DNA from: Piscirickettsiaceae bacterium
GTDB taxonomy: Bacteria; Pseudomonadota; Gammaproteobacteria; Nitrosococcales; Methylophagaceae
Assembly: GCA_024685995.1 (NCBI GenBank)
Contig: JAIBDY010000008.1
Coordinates: 1 to 24,000 of the forward strand
Length of the DNA stretch: 24,000 bases
Direction of reading: 5' to 3'
The notes beneath the pieces were generated by a model. It was not told the DNA's origin. It was given only the letters and a program-made list of their open reading frames with translations, and ran no database searches. Shown piece by piece: positions 1 through 8,971 of this stretch. Both the position numbers and the translations under genes were made by a program. Every line of letters begins with the position of its first letter. The stretch's first letter is position 1.

Positions 1-616
1 CTTTCCTGGGATGCAGTTACAGGAATCTGAATGGCAGGCGTGTTTAGCGACCGTCAATAACCTCAAAACCAAACCAGAATATATGGTGCTCAGCGGTAGT
101 TTGCCTACAGGGGTGCCCGATGACTTTCTGGGTCGTGTCGCTAGAATGGCTGCAAAACAAGGGATAAAAGTGATTCTGGACACCTCTGGTAATGCGTTGA
201 TAGCGCCATTGAAAGTCGGCGTTTACATGGCAAAACTTAATCTCAAGGAGTTTTATCAACTGGGCTATACCGGTGAGAACGATCATAACAAGCAATTGGC
301 TGCTATGGCCAAGATGGTAGAAGATGGCTTTGCCCATATTCTGGTTTTGACCCTCGGCGATCAAGGTGCGCTTCTAGCCGACCGGAATGGTAAGCTGATG
401 CATATCGCAGCTCCTTTCACCAACGTTGTCAGCCATGTTGGTGCCGGTGACAGTTTTGTTTCTTTAATGTTATACCAGTTATGTTCGGGAAAAACGGTTG
501 AAGAAGCCTTTCGATTTGGGGTTGCGGCAGCAGCAGCGGCCATACAAACAACGGGCAATCAAATTCAGGATATGCACAGTGTCGAGAAAATTTACCGTGA
601 GCTTGGCGGAAATTAA
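1..616 (+). CDS. PfkB-family sugar kinase (6-phosphofructokinase II / 1-phosphofructokinase-like), 5' end truncated by window edge
   Basis: Frame is open upstream of the first ATG (..FPGMQLQESEWQ). Contains VLSGSLPTGVP, VLTLGDQGAL and HVGAGDSFVS (PfkB-family C-terminal signature GAGDSF) and RFGVAAAAAA. The true start is outside the window. Confidence 0.9.
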   Translation, partial: FPGMQLQESEWQACLATVNNLKTKPEYMVLSGSLPTGVPDDFLGRVARMAAKQGIKVILDTSGNALIAPLKVGVYMAKLNLKEFYQLGYTGENDHNKQLAAMAKMVEDGFAHILVLTLGDQGALLADRNGKLMHIAAPFTNVVSHVGAGDSFVSLMLYQLCSGKTVEEAFRFGVAAAAAAIQTTGNQIQDMHSVEKIYRELGGN

Positions 617-815
617 ACTACGACAGTCAGCCGATTCGATCTCCGTTGGCTTATGATTTACAGAACGCATTACGTTTCTTCGACTTAGTAACAAATTGCC
701 GGAGGAATATTTCGCTTAAATTCTATCTAAGATCGATTAATTTAGACGGAATGGAGTAAGCAAATATGGTTTAGAAATCTTCAATTTAATTTAGTCATTA
801 CACTTGTTAACTTGT

Positions 816-871
816 ACTTAAAATCCATCTGCTTCACGGCCGTGCCGGTTCTATTCCGGCCCTAGGTACCA
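816..871 (+). pseudogene. 3' fragment of a tRNA-Leu(UAA)-like gene (anticodon loop to CCA)
   Basis: cttaaaa anticodon loop (UAA), long variable region, T arm GCCGG-TTCTATT-CCGGC, acceptor 3' strand CCTAGGT, A discriminator, CCA. The matching 5' acceptor ACCTAGG and D arm are absent upstream, and the 5' anticodon stem (ttgta) pairs poorly with tccat. Confidence 0.6.
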
Positions 872-882
872 ACAAATACGAT

Positions 883-913
883 GCCCAGCAGTTAATTCTG
901 CTGGGGCTTTTTT
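883..913 (+). terminator. Intrinsic terminator downstream of the tRNA-like fragment
   Basis: CCCAGCAG-ttaatt-CTGCTGGG perfect 8-bp stem, then GC and a run of 6 T. Confidence 0.85.
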
Positions 914-1316
914 GTCTAGTATATATGAAGGTCTTGCGTTATTTTTGAACGCCCAAAAGGCCGCCAGACAAATAATATTTCGTGTTGTTTCATTACTTCA
1001 AGGGCGTTATCGAATTCTGGGATTAGGCAAAACCGGTATGAGCTTTGTCTACGATAAAAAAGCACCGAGAGTTTATATTTTTTGGGCGTGGTTGCCTTAC
1101 CTACACAGCTGATGACTCAAACCATGCCCTATCAGTCCCTTCGACTGAATTATTCATGTATGCAGATAGCTCCCGATTGGTGCAATGCTCTTTCCGATTT
1201 TTCTTCATTTTGATAGACAAAATAGTAGTTCATAGCTTTCCCTGCCTGATTCCTGACACTTTAACACCTAGCTCAAGCGTGCACGAAGTGCGTCGCTTGC
1301 AGCTGTTTATTATGCA

Positions 1317-1865
1317 TTACTTGGCCAACGATATTCCTTGTAATTCTATGCGAAGTTCTGTCAATTTATTAAGCAGCCCTTCAATATTTTTCTGGGCTGA
1401 ACCTTCATTGGCAAGCCTCAGTCTTTTTACAGCTGCGAAAGCGTCACCTACACCAGCGGTATGCGGTGCTATCACCGTGTCGTCAAAAACTACTGAGCCG
1501 TTATCTGTGTTGGATAAAATATATCGAACATGCGTAGTGACCTCTAAATTCAATCCAAATAGTGGTTGGTCGACCTTAAGCATTTTTACCTCTAACTGAT
1601 ATTTTCCGTTATCTGAATAGAGGCCCTGAGATTTGAGGCTCTTTTTTACAGCACCAGAAAATGCTTCATTATCAATTTCTGAGGTCCACGCAGGGTTCGT
1701 TTTTTCACCACCGGACACTTCCCCAAGCCCCAAGTTTTCTTTCATTTCACCAGAGTATTCTTTTTGTTCACCGTGGAAAACCATGTTCTCCATCTTTGCG
1801 CCTGAAGCACATCCCCAAAGATATGAGCATATAATTAGAACAAACGTAACCCTTATAAATTTCAC
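1317..1865 (-). CDS. Small predicted lipoprotein (182 aa), unknown function
   Basis: N-terminal signal MKFIRVTFVLIICSYLWGC with lipobox-like LWGC; aaggag-like RBS region upstream. Confidence 0.75.
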   Translation of the reverse strand: MKFIRVTFVLIICSYLWGCASGAKMENMVFHGEQKEYSGEMKENLGLGEVSGGEKTNPAWTSEIDNEAFSGAVKKSLKSQGLYSDNGKYQLEVKMLKVDQPLFGLNLEVTTHVRYILSNTDNGSVVFDDTVIAPHTAGVGDAFAAVKRLRLANEGSAQKNIEGLLNKLTELRIELQGISLAK

Positions 1866-1902
1866 TTTTTTCTCCTTAGTTTGTATTGTATAAACAGTGT
1901 GT

Positions 1903-1925
1903 TTATGAAGCCTGTGGCTTCATAA
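1903..1925. promoter_or_regulatory. Perfect 10-bp inverted repeat upstream of the lipoprotein gene
   Basis: TTATGAAGCC-TGT-GGCTTCATAA; 38 bp upstream of the start codon at 1865 (minus strand). Confidence 0.5.
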
Positions 1926-2307
1926 TAATTATTAAGTCATTGAAATTCATAGGCACATTTAGATTAGAGTTATTTTAAAGCAGGAGTTATCAGGCCAGCA
2001 TTAGTCGCCATTTAGTGGCAAATAAGGCCTAGAACAGATTGTGTGCTTTTGTCTCAAGGATGAGGCTGTGATCATGCGTAAATCTCCTTTTTTCGATCTA
2101 TTGAGTCCTTTATGTTTCAGGTAGGTATAGTAACCGTACCGTGTCAATTTATTTGCATTGGATGAAATATTTCATACTCTTTAATAATAAGCAACACTAT
2201 AGATATTTAGGGGAGCTATGACATAGCGCCACAGTTTGGTGTCATATTCGTGTAATAAATAGCTTATATACTCTAAAGTCCCGCATAACTTACTCTCTAG
2301 ATTATTT

Positions 2308-4245
2308 GTGAAACTCGTTACCGCATCCAAACTACTTCTTTCGGCGATTGTTTTTTTGATTTCAGTATCCATAGCTATTGGTATATGGGGGTGGAATGAG
2401 CTGGATAAACCCTATCAAATTAACCAGGATTTCCAGAAGCGCAAGGCCTTATTTGATGTCGATGTGCGTATTTTATTAGAACGCTATCTGGCTTCTGGGA
2501 ATGCAGATTTACTCCAGCAGGCTGAAAGTAAACTGGCGCAATTGATCGAAAGTGACATCGAATGGCTAGAGGAAGAAGACAATGAAAATATTAAACATGC
2601 TGTCAAAGCGATTCAAGAAAATGTCCAGCTTATCCGAGCCGCGGGTAAGTTAGCTGCGGATCCTCAAGGGTTATTAATCAATAATGAACGAGAACGCTCG
2701 GGTGATATTAATTTATTATTGAGCTATGTCAATAAAACCAAGGGTGAGCGCTTAGCTTTACAGGTCGCTTTTCTATCAGAATTGACCCGTCTGAGTGAAG
2801 CACTTAATCAGATTGGGCGCTTGAGACAACAATATTTTGGCGCGACGGATGTCAACGTGCAAGCAGCGTTGGTGAGTAAAAATGAAGAGGTCTTGATGCG
2901 TGCCCAAGCATTACTTTCGTTGCCTAGTTTAGGCATTTATAGCGAGGTTGATGAGGATGCTTTGGTGGCCGAAGAGCCTGAAGAAATTGGTCAAAGAAGC
3001 ATTCAGTCCATTATTTCATTGACGAAAAGATATGATAAAGAGCTTGAGAACACGATTAATCTAGATCAACGCATGCAAGAGAGCCGTGTCGTGTTGATTG
3101 ACTCGTTAACGGCACTATCGACATTATTGACCAATCTTTCCGGTCAGATTGAGCTGATAAAGTCGAATATTTCGACGAAGGTTGCATTGATGCTGTTGGT
3201 GTCAATCGGCTTAGTAGTGATAGCTGTTGCGGCCTTGTTTTTCTTGCAAAATAGGATGATAGGCTTTTTAATTCAACTCGAGTCCTTTTTTAGAAAATTG
3301 CTCAATGCAGACTATAAGCAGCAGCTCAACTCAAATTTTAATTTTAAAGAAGTGCTGTCGGTCGAAAACTCGGGACGACAACTACAAACTTATTTAGCCA
3401 GCCTCGTTGATAAGTTAAGTTCTGAATCTGAAAGAGTTGTATCTGCCTGTAATGAAATGCAATCGGTATCTGCAACGGCGGTCGATTTAACAAGAAAACA
3501 AGACGAATCAACAGCTCATGTAGCCGCTGCGGTGACGGAATTATCCTACTCATTTAAAGAAGTTGCTAATAATGCAGCGAATGCCTCTGAATCCGCTAAC
3601 GTTGCCGATGATGCGACATTGGCTGCCAAGCAACAATTATCGTTAGCCGCCACTGCGACGCAAAAGATGGTGACTGATTTATTAACCGTAGAAGAGGTGA
3701 TGGTACGCCTTGAAAAAGGTGGGGAAAGTATTGGTGTCGTCTTAGAGGTGATTCGCGGCGTTGCAGAACAAACCAATTTATTAGCATTAAACGCGGCGAT
3801 AGAGGCCGCCCGTGCAGGCGACCATGGTCGCGGTTTTGCCGTGGTGGCTGACGAAGTAAGACAATTGGCCTCTCGCACAACACAGTCAACAGAAGAGATT
3901 CGCAATATTATTCAAGATGTTATCGCAATCAGTGCTGAAGCAACGCAGACACTGAAACAACAAAGCCAAGAAGCTTCATATTGCGCTCAGCAAGCCACGG
4001 ACGCTGAAACGGCGATAACGCCTGTGGTGTTAGCGGTTGAAAATATTAAGGCGCTTAATACAGCTATCGCAGTAGCGACACAAGAGCAAACTTTGACCGT
4101 AGATGAAATAGCGCGCAATACGGAAGAAATCAAAGTGAATTCGGAGTTTGTCAATTCGAATATCTCTGATATTAAACGGGCAGGGGATAGCTTGTTGGAT
4201 GTGAGCGAGACATTGAATGGCTTAATTCGACAACTCAAATCTTAG
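2308..4245 (+). CDS. Methyl-accepting chemotaxis protein
   Basis: N-terminal TM, periplasmic helical domain, second TM ([21 protein letters not shown]), and the MCP hairpin signature [43 protein letters not shown]. Confidence 0.95.
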   Translation: MKLVTASKLLLSAIVFLISVSIAIGIWGWNELDKPYQINQDFQKRKALFDVDVRILLERYLASGNADLLQQAESKLAQLIESDIEWLEEEDNENIKHAVKAIQENVQLIRAAGKLAADPQGLLINNERERSGDINLLLSYVNKTKGERLALQVAFLSELTRLSEALNQIGRLRQQYFGATDVNVQAALVSKNEEVLMRAQALLSLPSLGIYSEVDEDALVAEEPEEIGQRSIQSIISLTKRYDKELENTINLDQRMQESRVVLIDSLTALSTLLTNLSGQIELIKSNISTKVALMLLVSIGLVVIAVAALFFLQNRMIGFLIQLESFFRKLLNADYKQQLNSNFNFKEVLSVENSGRQLQTYLASLVDKLSSESERVVSACNEMQSVSATAVDLTRKQDESTAHVAAAVTELSYSFKEVANNAANASESANVADDATLAAKQQLSLAATATQKMVTDLLTVEEVMVRLEKGGESIGVVLEVIRGVAEQTNLLALNAAIEAARAGDHGRGFAVVADEVRQLASRTTQSTEEIRNIIQDVIAISAEATQTLKQQSQEASYCAQQATDAETAITPVVLAVENIKALNTAIAVATQEQTLTVDEIARNTEEIKVNSEFVNSNISDIKRAGDSLLDVSETLNGLIRQLKS

Positions 4246-4348
4246 TGAAGGCACTAGCCTTTAGCTTCACCGCCATCGGGTCGGCCGCCGCCTTGACATG
4301 TCATGGTTGTCAAACCAACCACAAAAAAACAATGGGGTTTCAATCGAC

Positions 4349-4378
4349 TTGTATATCTAATCGTATTGCCTATATAAT
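4349..4378 (+). promoter_or_regulatory. Sigma70-like promoter with no annotated ORF directly downstream
   Basis: TTGTAT (4349-4354), 18-bp spacer, TATAAT (4373-4378). Confidence 0.4.
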
Positions 4379-5027
4379 CAGACAGGTAATGAGAAGCACG
4401 TCACAAAATATTTAAACGCTAGGCCGTTTAAATGACGAGCATGGATATTGGGTTCAATAAAGAGCCTTGTTCAAATAGCACGAATTCACCAACTATCCAC
4501 AGACCTAACCAGATAATTTAGCCCCTGAAAGTGCTGAATGTCAGTATGCGATTATCTTAAGCGATGGATTATGGAATTATTTTAAGGTGCTTTTATCGAA
4601 ATATAAAGGCGCAGGTATTCGACGATATGAATAGCATGCCTATTCTCTTATAAGTTATAAATGAATTTAGATGACCTACTTAAGCGATAGACAAATTAAA
4701 CAATTATTGTGCGATTACTTCTCAAAAGTAAGTGCCGAGCCTCATGGCGTCAGAACAAAAATACGCAGTCGTCCCCGGTCAGCCAATACTAGTTCATATA
4801 ATAAGGCTGATTCATTGGCCGAGAGTAGCTTGTAGCATCAAACTGCTTGCGCATCGGACGCATGCAATTACGTTCTATTTAGCCTGGAACAAAAAAGAAT
4901 ATCGTTGCTGACCACTCAGCTCAGGCTTCCGCCTTCTCAAAACTCTAAAAGAGATGCTTACAAAGTGTCGTTCTGGTCATTCTAAGCACTTATTTTAATC
5001 GGGCTTTATTAGCTCTATCTCATCGCG

Positions 5028-6440
5028 CTACTGTTTAAGCTCTAGCTTAATGATCTGCAAGATCCAATCTCTTAGTTTAGTCAATTCTTGTGCATCGAGC
5101 CCTTGATGGGCTTTTTGTAGCAGCTGAGTGAGTTGGACTTGGTCGGATTTATTCAATCGATTAAAGCGGTCGCTAAAATAGTTGTTGTCACCGTTAACGC
5201 TGGCTACGGTGCGATCAGCATGTGTGCGTTTGAGGACCAGATCTAAAAAAGCGACGGCGCGGCCTAATAATGCAAAGCTGAACGTTAGGTTTTTAATAGG
5301 GCCTGCGGTCAGTGTTTTACCCGCGACAGGCAGGCCTTGGATAGTCAAATTTTCAGGTGTTGCGGTGGCAAAAATTGAAGCGGCGCCGGACAGTAGGCCG
5401 CCAGTCAGCGCGCCGGTCATGAGCGAAGCACCGCCGACGCCGATATCGATAACAACTCCAGCCGCGGCGCCGGCCGAGGCGGAGAGCATGACGATTTTTT
5501 TTCGATCGAGACCATATAAATACCAATGGCTACTGTCAAATAGATCGGGGTAGTCGATGTCTAATGTCGGCGTATCAATATGCATTTCAGGATGGGCATA
5601 TAAAGCTTGGAGTTGGTTTTGCATATCGGTTTCAGTTTGGCGTAACGCTTGTTGGTATTCGGCTTTTAATGTTTTTTCTAGTGTTTGTTGCACAAATTCT
5701 GCGGGGACTTTGGTTTCGCTAACATGGCTCAGCATTTGGGCGAGATGCTCTGCCACCAATAATGCCGCTTGCTGCTCTATGCGTTTAAAATAGTCCTGCA
5801 GCGTGTCGATGGTGGACTCAAGGGCGTGACGCCATGGTTCATACAGTTCTGCAAAGGCGGTCAGGATCGTGAATTGTTTTTGCTGGTCAGCGGTCATGGG
5901 ATCAAAGACACGTACCACGCTGAAAAATTGATTCAATGCATTTTGCCATTCTTGAACATAAGCCTCGCCTCCGATGGGGTTGATGAGCGCCATTCGCGGC
6001 TGACTGGTCCATTGTAGGATGGTCATTTCGGCTTCAAATTCTGGACTATAAGGTCGCGAGCCATCGATGACATAAATAATGCCCGCGCCGTCTAGAATAG
6101 GTTGCAATAGCGCGATTTCATCTTGGAATTTGGTATTGCCCTCGTGACGTTGTTGGCTAACAAAGTCTTGTATGACTTGTTGACGCTCGGCAGCATTGGG
6201 CGAGTGTTGCTGCAACCACGATAAGACTTGGCGAGGGCGTTGAAATCCGGGGGTGTCTATCAAGCGATATTGGGGGATACCGTCAATATTGAGTTCAAAG
6301 GCTTGTGCTGAAGTCGTGGTGCCTGAAATTTCAGAGATTTTGACGGCATCTTGCCGGGTTAAGGTCGCGACAATACTCGACTTCCCCTTATTCGGGGCGC
6401 CTACCACAGCAAACATGGGGACCGTCACCTCAGCGCCCAT
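5028..6440 (-). CDS. Era-like GTPase with C-terminal DUF3482
   Basis: P-loop GAPNKGKSS, G2/G3 region SGTTTSAQAF..LIDTPGFQ, C-terminal glycine-rich hydrophobic segment; neighbour is DUF2868-like. Confidence 0.85.
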   Translation of the reverse strand: MGAEVTVPMFAVVGAPNKGKSSIVATLTRQDAVKISEISGTTTSAQAFELNIDGIPQYRLIDTPGFQRPRQVLSWLQQHSPNAAERQQVIQDFVSQQRHEGNTKFQDEIALLQPILDGAGIIYVIDGSRPYSPEFEAEMTILQWTSQPRMALINPIGGEAYVQEWQNALNQFFSVVRVFDPMTADQQKQFTILTAFAELYEPWRHALESTIDTLQDYFKRIEQQAALLVAEHLAQMLSHVSETKVPAEFVQQTLEKTLKAEYQQALRQTETDMQNQLQALYAHPEMHIDTPTLDIDYPDLFDSSHWYLYGLDRKKIVMLSASAGAAAGVVIDIGVGGASLMTGALTGGLLSGAASIFATATPENLTIQGLPVAGKTLTAGPIKNLTFSFALLGRAVAFLDLVLKRTHADRTVASVNGDNNYFSDRFNRLNKSDQVQLTQLLQKAHQGLDAQELTKLRDWILQIIKLELKQ

Positions 6441-7719
6441 TTTTTAAGCTAATGTGGTGCTGTTGGGCAAAAAACTGCCAAGATTTCAGTTGGCTTGCAT
6501 AACGAGCGTTATCGATCTCTTGGCTGAATAAGACTAAGTCTACGGCGGTGTGTTGTTGTAAAAGCTCAATACTGTCGGCCAATTCGCCGGTTGGCGTTTG
6601 CGCGGGGTCAACAATCATCAGTACTGGCCTTGTCCGCTTGTTGGCAGGCGACGTTAACCATTGTGCATCTTCAAGCCAGTTTGCATTGCCTAGGTTTTTG
6701 ACAGTGGCCAACGCACATTTTGGTTGCTGCCAACTGATGAGATCGACACCGGGCTGGTGGATGTCGATGGGCTCGAGCGAGGCATACCCCGCTTCAGAAA
6801 TCATCGGTTGCTGGCTCACTTGATGGGTTTGTGCGACGAGGAATTGTTCGATATCGCCACTATTGATGATGCTCCAGCGTAGCTGTTTCACAAGACGTTG
6901 ACGTAAGAATACAGCGAGTAATAACCGCGGCAAAATGCCATATACGATCATCGCCATCACCAAGGTCAACCACCAACTTTCTCCTGAAACGCCATAAAAT
7001 GCACTATCTTGCACGACCAAGCGACTCTGGCTAATCAGTTCTGCGCTGGGCGATGCAATAAACCAGTGCCATGGCCAAGAGAGTAGGGTCATCAATTGCG
7101 TCATGGTTGTATCGTTAGTGATGAGTGTTGACGACCAAGCAAAACGGTAGTCTTGGAAAGTTGCCAAGACGAAAAAGCCGAATAATGCTGAGGCGGAAAA
7201 CCATAAAGCCAATGTTTGGCTTTGCCAAAATAACCATGGTAATAATAGGTTTTTATAAGGTGAAAAGGGGCTTAAGCCGAGTTTCTTAACCAGTATGGCT
7301 TGAAAAGGGTGCCCAGCAATATGTTGTTTTGACGGGGAGAAAACGGAAAAATAAACGCTACTCAAGGTCAACAACAACGGAATAAAGGCAAATAAGGCGA
7401 GCGGCAGCCATAAATTAATAGGTTGGGTAGGGTTGTAGTTGAGTACGCTAACCATAGTCGCAAAACCTGTAATGGCTGCTATCAGGCCGAGGAATCCGAA
7501 AAACCAAGGCTTCGGCGTTATCATGCGTTGTTGTTTTCGCCATTGATTTAAATAGTCGTTGGTCGAAGAGGCTTGTCGTACGGGGTTCTCTAAATGGGGC
7601 AATTTAAGCTTGTTGTGTGCGACAAAGAGACGAAAGTTTAGCCACTGAAACAGTGCCGTGTTCGTACCGTTTTTGAAGAAAAAATGTAATATCGCTTTTG
7701 TCGGTAATGATGATGCCAT
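6430..7719 (-). CDS. DUF2868 domain membrane protein
   Basis: 429 aa with several TM segments; typical gene pair with the DUF3482 GTPase, overlapping it by about 11 nt. Confidence 0.8.
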   Translation of the reverse strand: MASSLPTKAILHFFFKNGTNTALFQWLNFRLFVAHNKLKLPHLENPVRQASSTNDYLNQWRKQQRMITPKPWFFGFLGLIAAITGFATMVSVLNYNPTQPINLWLPLALFAFIPLLLTLSSVYFSVFSPSKQHIAGHPFQAILVKKLGLSPFSPYKNLLLPWLFWQSQTLALWFSASALFGFFVLATFQDYRFAWSSTLITNDTTMTQLMTLLSWPWHWFIASPSAELISQSRLVVQDSAFYGVSGESWWLTLVMAMIVYGILPRLLLAVFLRQRLVKQLRWSIINSGDIEQFLVAQTHQVSQQPMISEAGYASLEPIDIHQPGVDLISWQQPKCALATVKNLGNANWLEDAQWLTSPANKRTRPVLMIVDPAQTPTGELADSIELLQQHTAVDLVLFSQEIDNARYASQLKSWQFFAQQHHISLKNGR

Positions 7720-7966
7720 AGCTAACCTAAGTTCCCAAGACGATGCCCGAGTGTTTGTTTTGGTGTTTCGTGCGATACAACTAAGATAACAGTATAACTA
7801 ACAAACCGCGCCAGCATTTCATGTTAAGTCTGCAGTATAAACCGAGTTCATGTGGCACATTAGCGATAAGAGATAAATTTATAATTTGTTCCATGTGAAG
7901 CATTATTCAAAGCAAAACACAAAGCTTCCCGCTCAAAGGGCATGCAGATTCAATTTAGGCTTGCGG

Positions 7967-8971
7967 TTAGTAGGTGATAGTGACGGTCACAGTATCACTG
8001 TAACTGCCGCTGGGTATCGATTGGGGGGCGGGAACACGACCATAAATGGTCAGGTTCTGGCTGCTTCCTGTACCAGTGTTATTGGCCGTATCGACATCAA
8101 GGGTGTTACCCCAGCGTAGATTGTGAGCACTGTCGCGGTAAAGTTCATATTGAACATAATTACTGGAGGCATCAAGACGCATACGGCGGACTGTCCCATT
8201 GGCATGGAGGCCATTATCGAGCGATACTTTCCATGGTGTGGTCTTGGTGCAAGTAAAGCTGAAGTTAGTGGTTTGATCATTATTATTGTTGATCAAGCCG
8301 GGTACAGTACCAAAGTTGAGGTCGTTGACAACATCGATCTCGCAACTGGCAGGCACAACGGCGCTAGCGCTGAAGGGAAAAGTAATACTGCCGCCACCGT
8401 TGCCACCACTGGTGCAACTAGCAGGCCAGCTTGGTGTGCCTAATACTTCTTCTGCATAACGATAATCTAAGCGGGTATGACCACCAGTGAATAGGCTCTG
8501 GTAATTGTCGGCGGCGAGGCCAAGTTGTGCGGGCACTTGACCATACAGCGTGACCGATTCCATGCCTGAGCCGCCCAATACTGGGACGGCATACTGTAGG
8601 TCAATATCGACATCATCAGTGACACTGTCTCCCCAAGTTTGGCTACGACTTGCATCACGATAGATTTGAAATTGTAATGGGGCTAGTGAAGCGTTACTCA
8701 TGTTCCGAGAGTTAATGCTACTACCCGTGGCGCTACCCGCACCAAGATTAAGACACATGCGTACTCGGGCGTTGGCTAATACAGATAAACCGGCAGTGTG
8801 GCAATCGACCGTCACCGTCGCCGTATTATTTTGCATCGTGCCCATACTGATATTACCAAAGGTTAAATTACTGGCACTCGCACTACAGTCGGTTATCGAA
8901 ACAGCCTTGCATGGGAAGCCGAACAAAGTGATGATAAATAGGCTCGCGATTGGCTGATTTACTGTTGTCAT
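7967..8971 (-). CDS. Spore coat U (SCPU) domain protein, two-domain tip adhesin of archaic chaperone-usher pilus (CsuE-like)
   Basis: Two tandem SCPU modules (CSASASNLTFGNISMG... and CEIDVVNDLNFGTVPG...GNTLDVDTANNTGTGSSQNLTIYGRVPAPQSIPSGSYSDTVTVTITY). The ORF track start is 8992, but ATG at 8971 overlaps the usher stop as ATGA. Confidence 0.9.
   Translation of the reverse strand: MTTVNQPIASLFIITLFGFPCKAVSITDCSASASNLTFGNISMGTMQNNTATVTVDCHTAGLSVLANARVRMCLNLGAGSATGSSINSRNMSNASLAPLQFQIYRDASRSQTWGDSVTDDVDIDLQYAVPVLGGSGMESVTLYGQVPAQLGLAADNYQSLFTGGHTRLDYRYAEEVLGTPSWPASCTSGGNGGGSITFPFSASAVVPASCEIDVVNDLNFGTVPGLINNNNDQTTNFSFTCTKTTPWKVSLDNGLHANGTVRRMRLDASSNYVQYELYRDSAHNLRWGNTLDVDTANNTGTGSSQNLTIYGRVPAPQSIPSGSYSDTVTVTITY

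Noticed and set aside
1611-1640. Terminator-like gaggccctgagatttgaggctctttttt
   Set aside because: Stem is imperfect and it lies inside the lipoprotein coding sequence; likely fortuitous.
1045-1893. Plus-strand ORFs 1045-1599 (184 aa) and 1633-1893 (86 aa)
   Set aside because: Mostly antisense to the lipoprotein gene, whose signal peptide and lipobox make the minus strand the convincing frame.
3344-4238. Minus-strand ORFs opposite the MCP gene
   Set aside because: Antisense shadow frames of a strongly supported coding sequence; no domain recognised.
4246-4269. GTGAAG...CTTCAC hairpin just after the MCP stop
   Set aside because: Short stem with a large loop and no T tract; insufficient to call an intrinsic terminator.
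7886-8443. Plus-strand ORFs at 7886-8119 and 8123-8443 near the tip adhesin
   Set aside because: Antisense to the SCPU-domain gene, no recognisable family.
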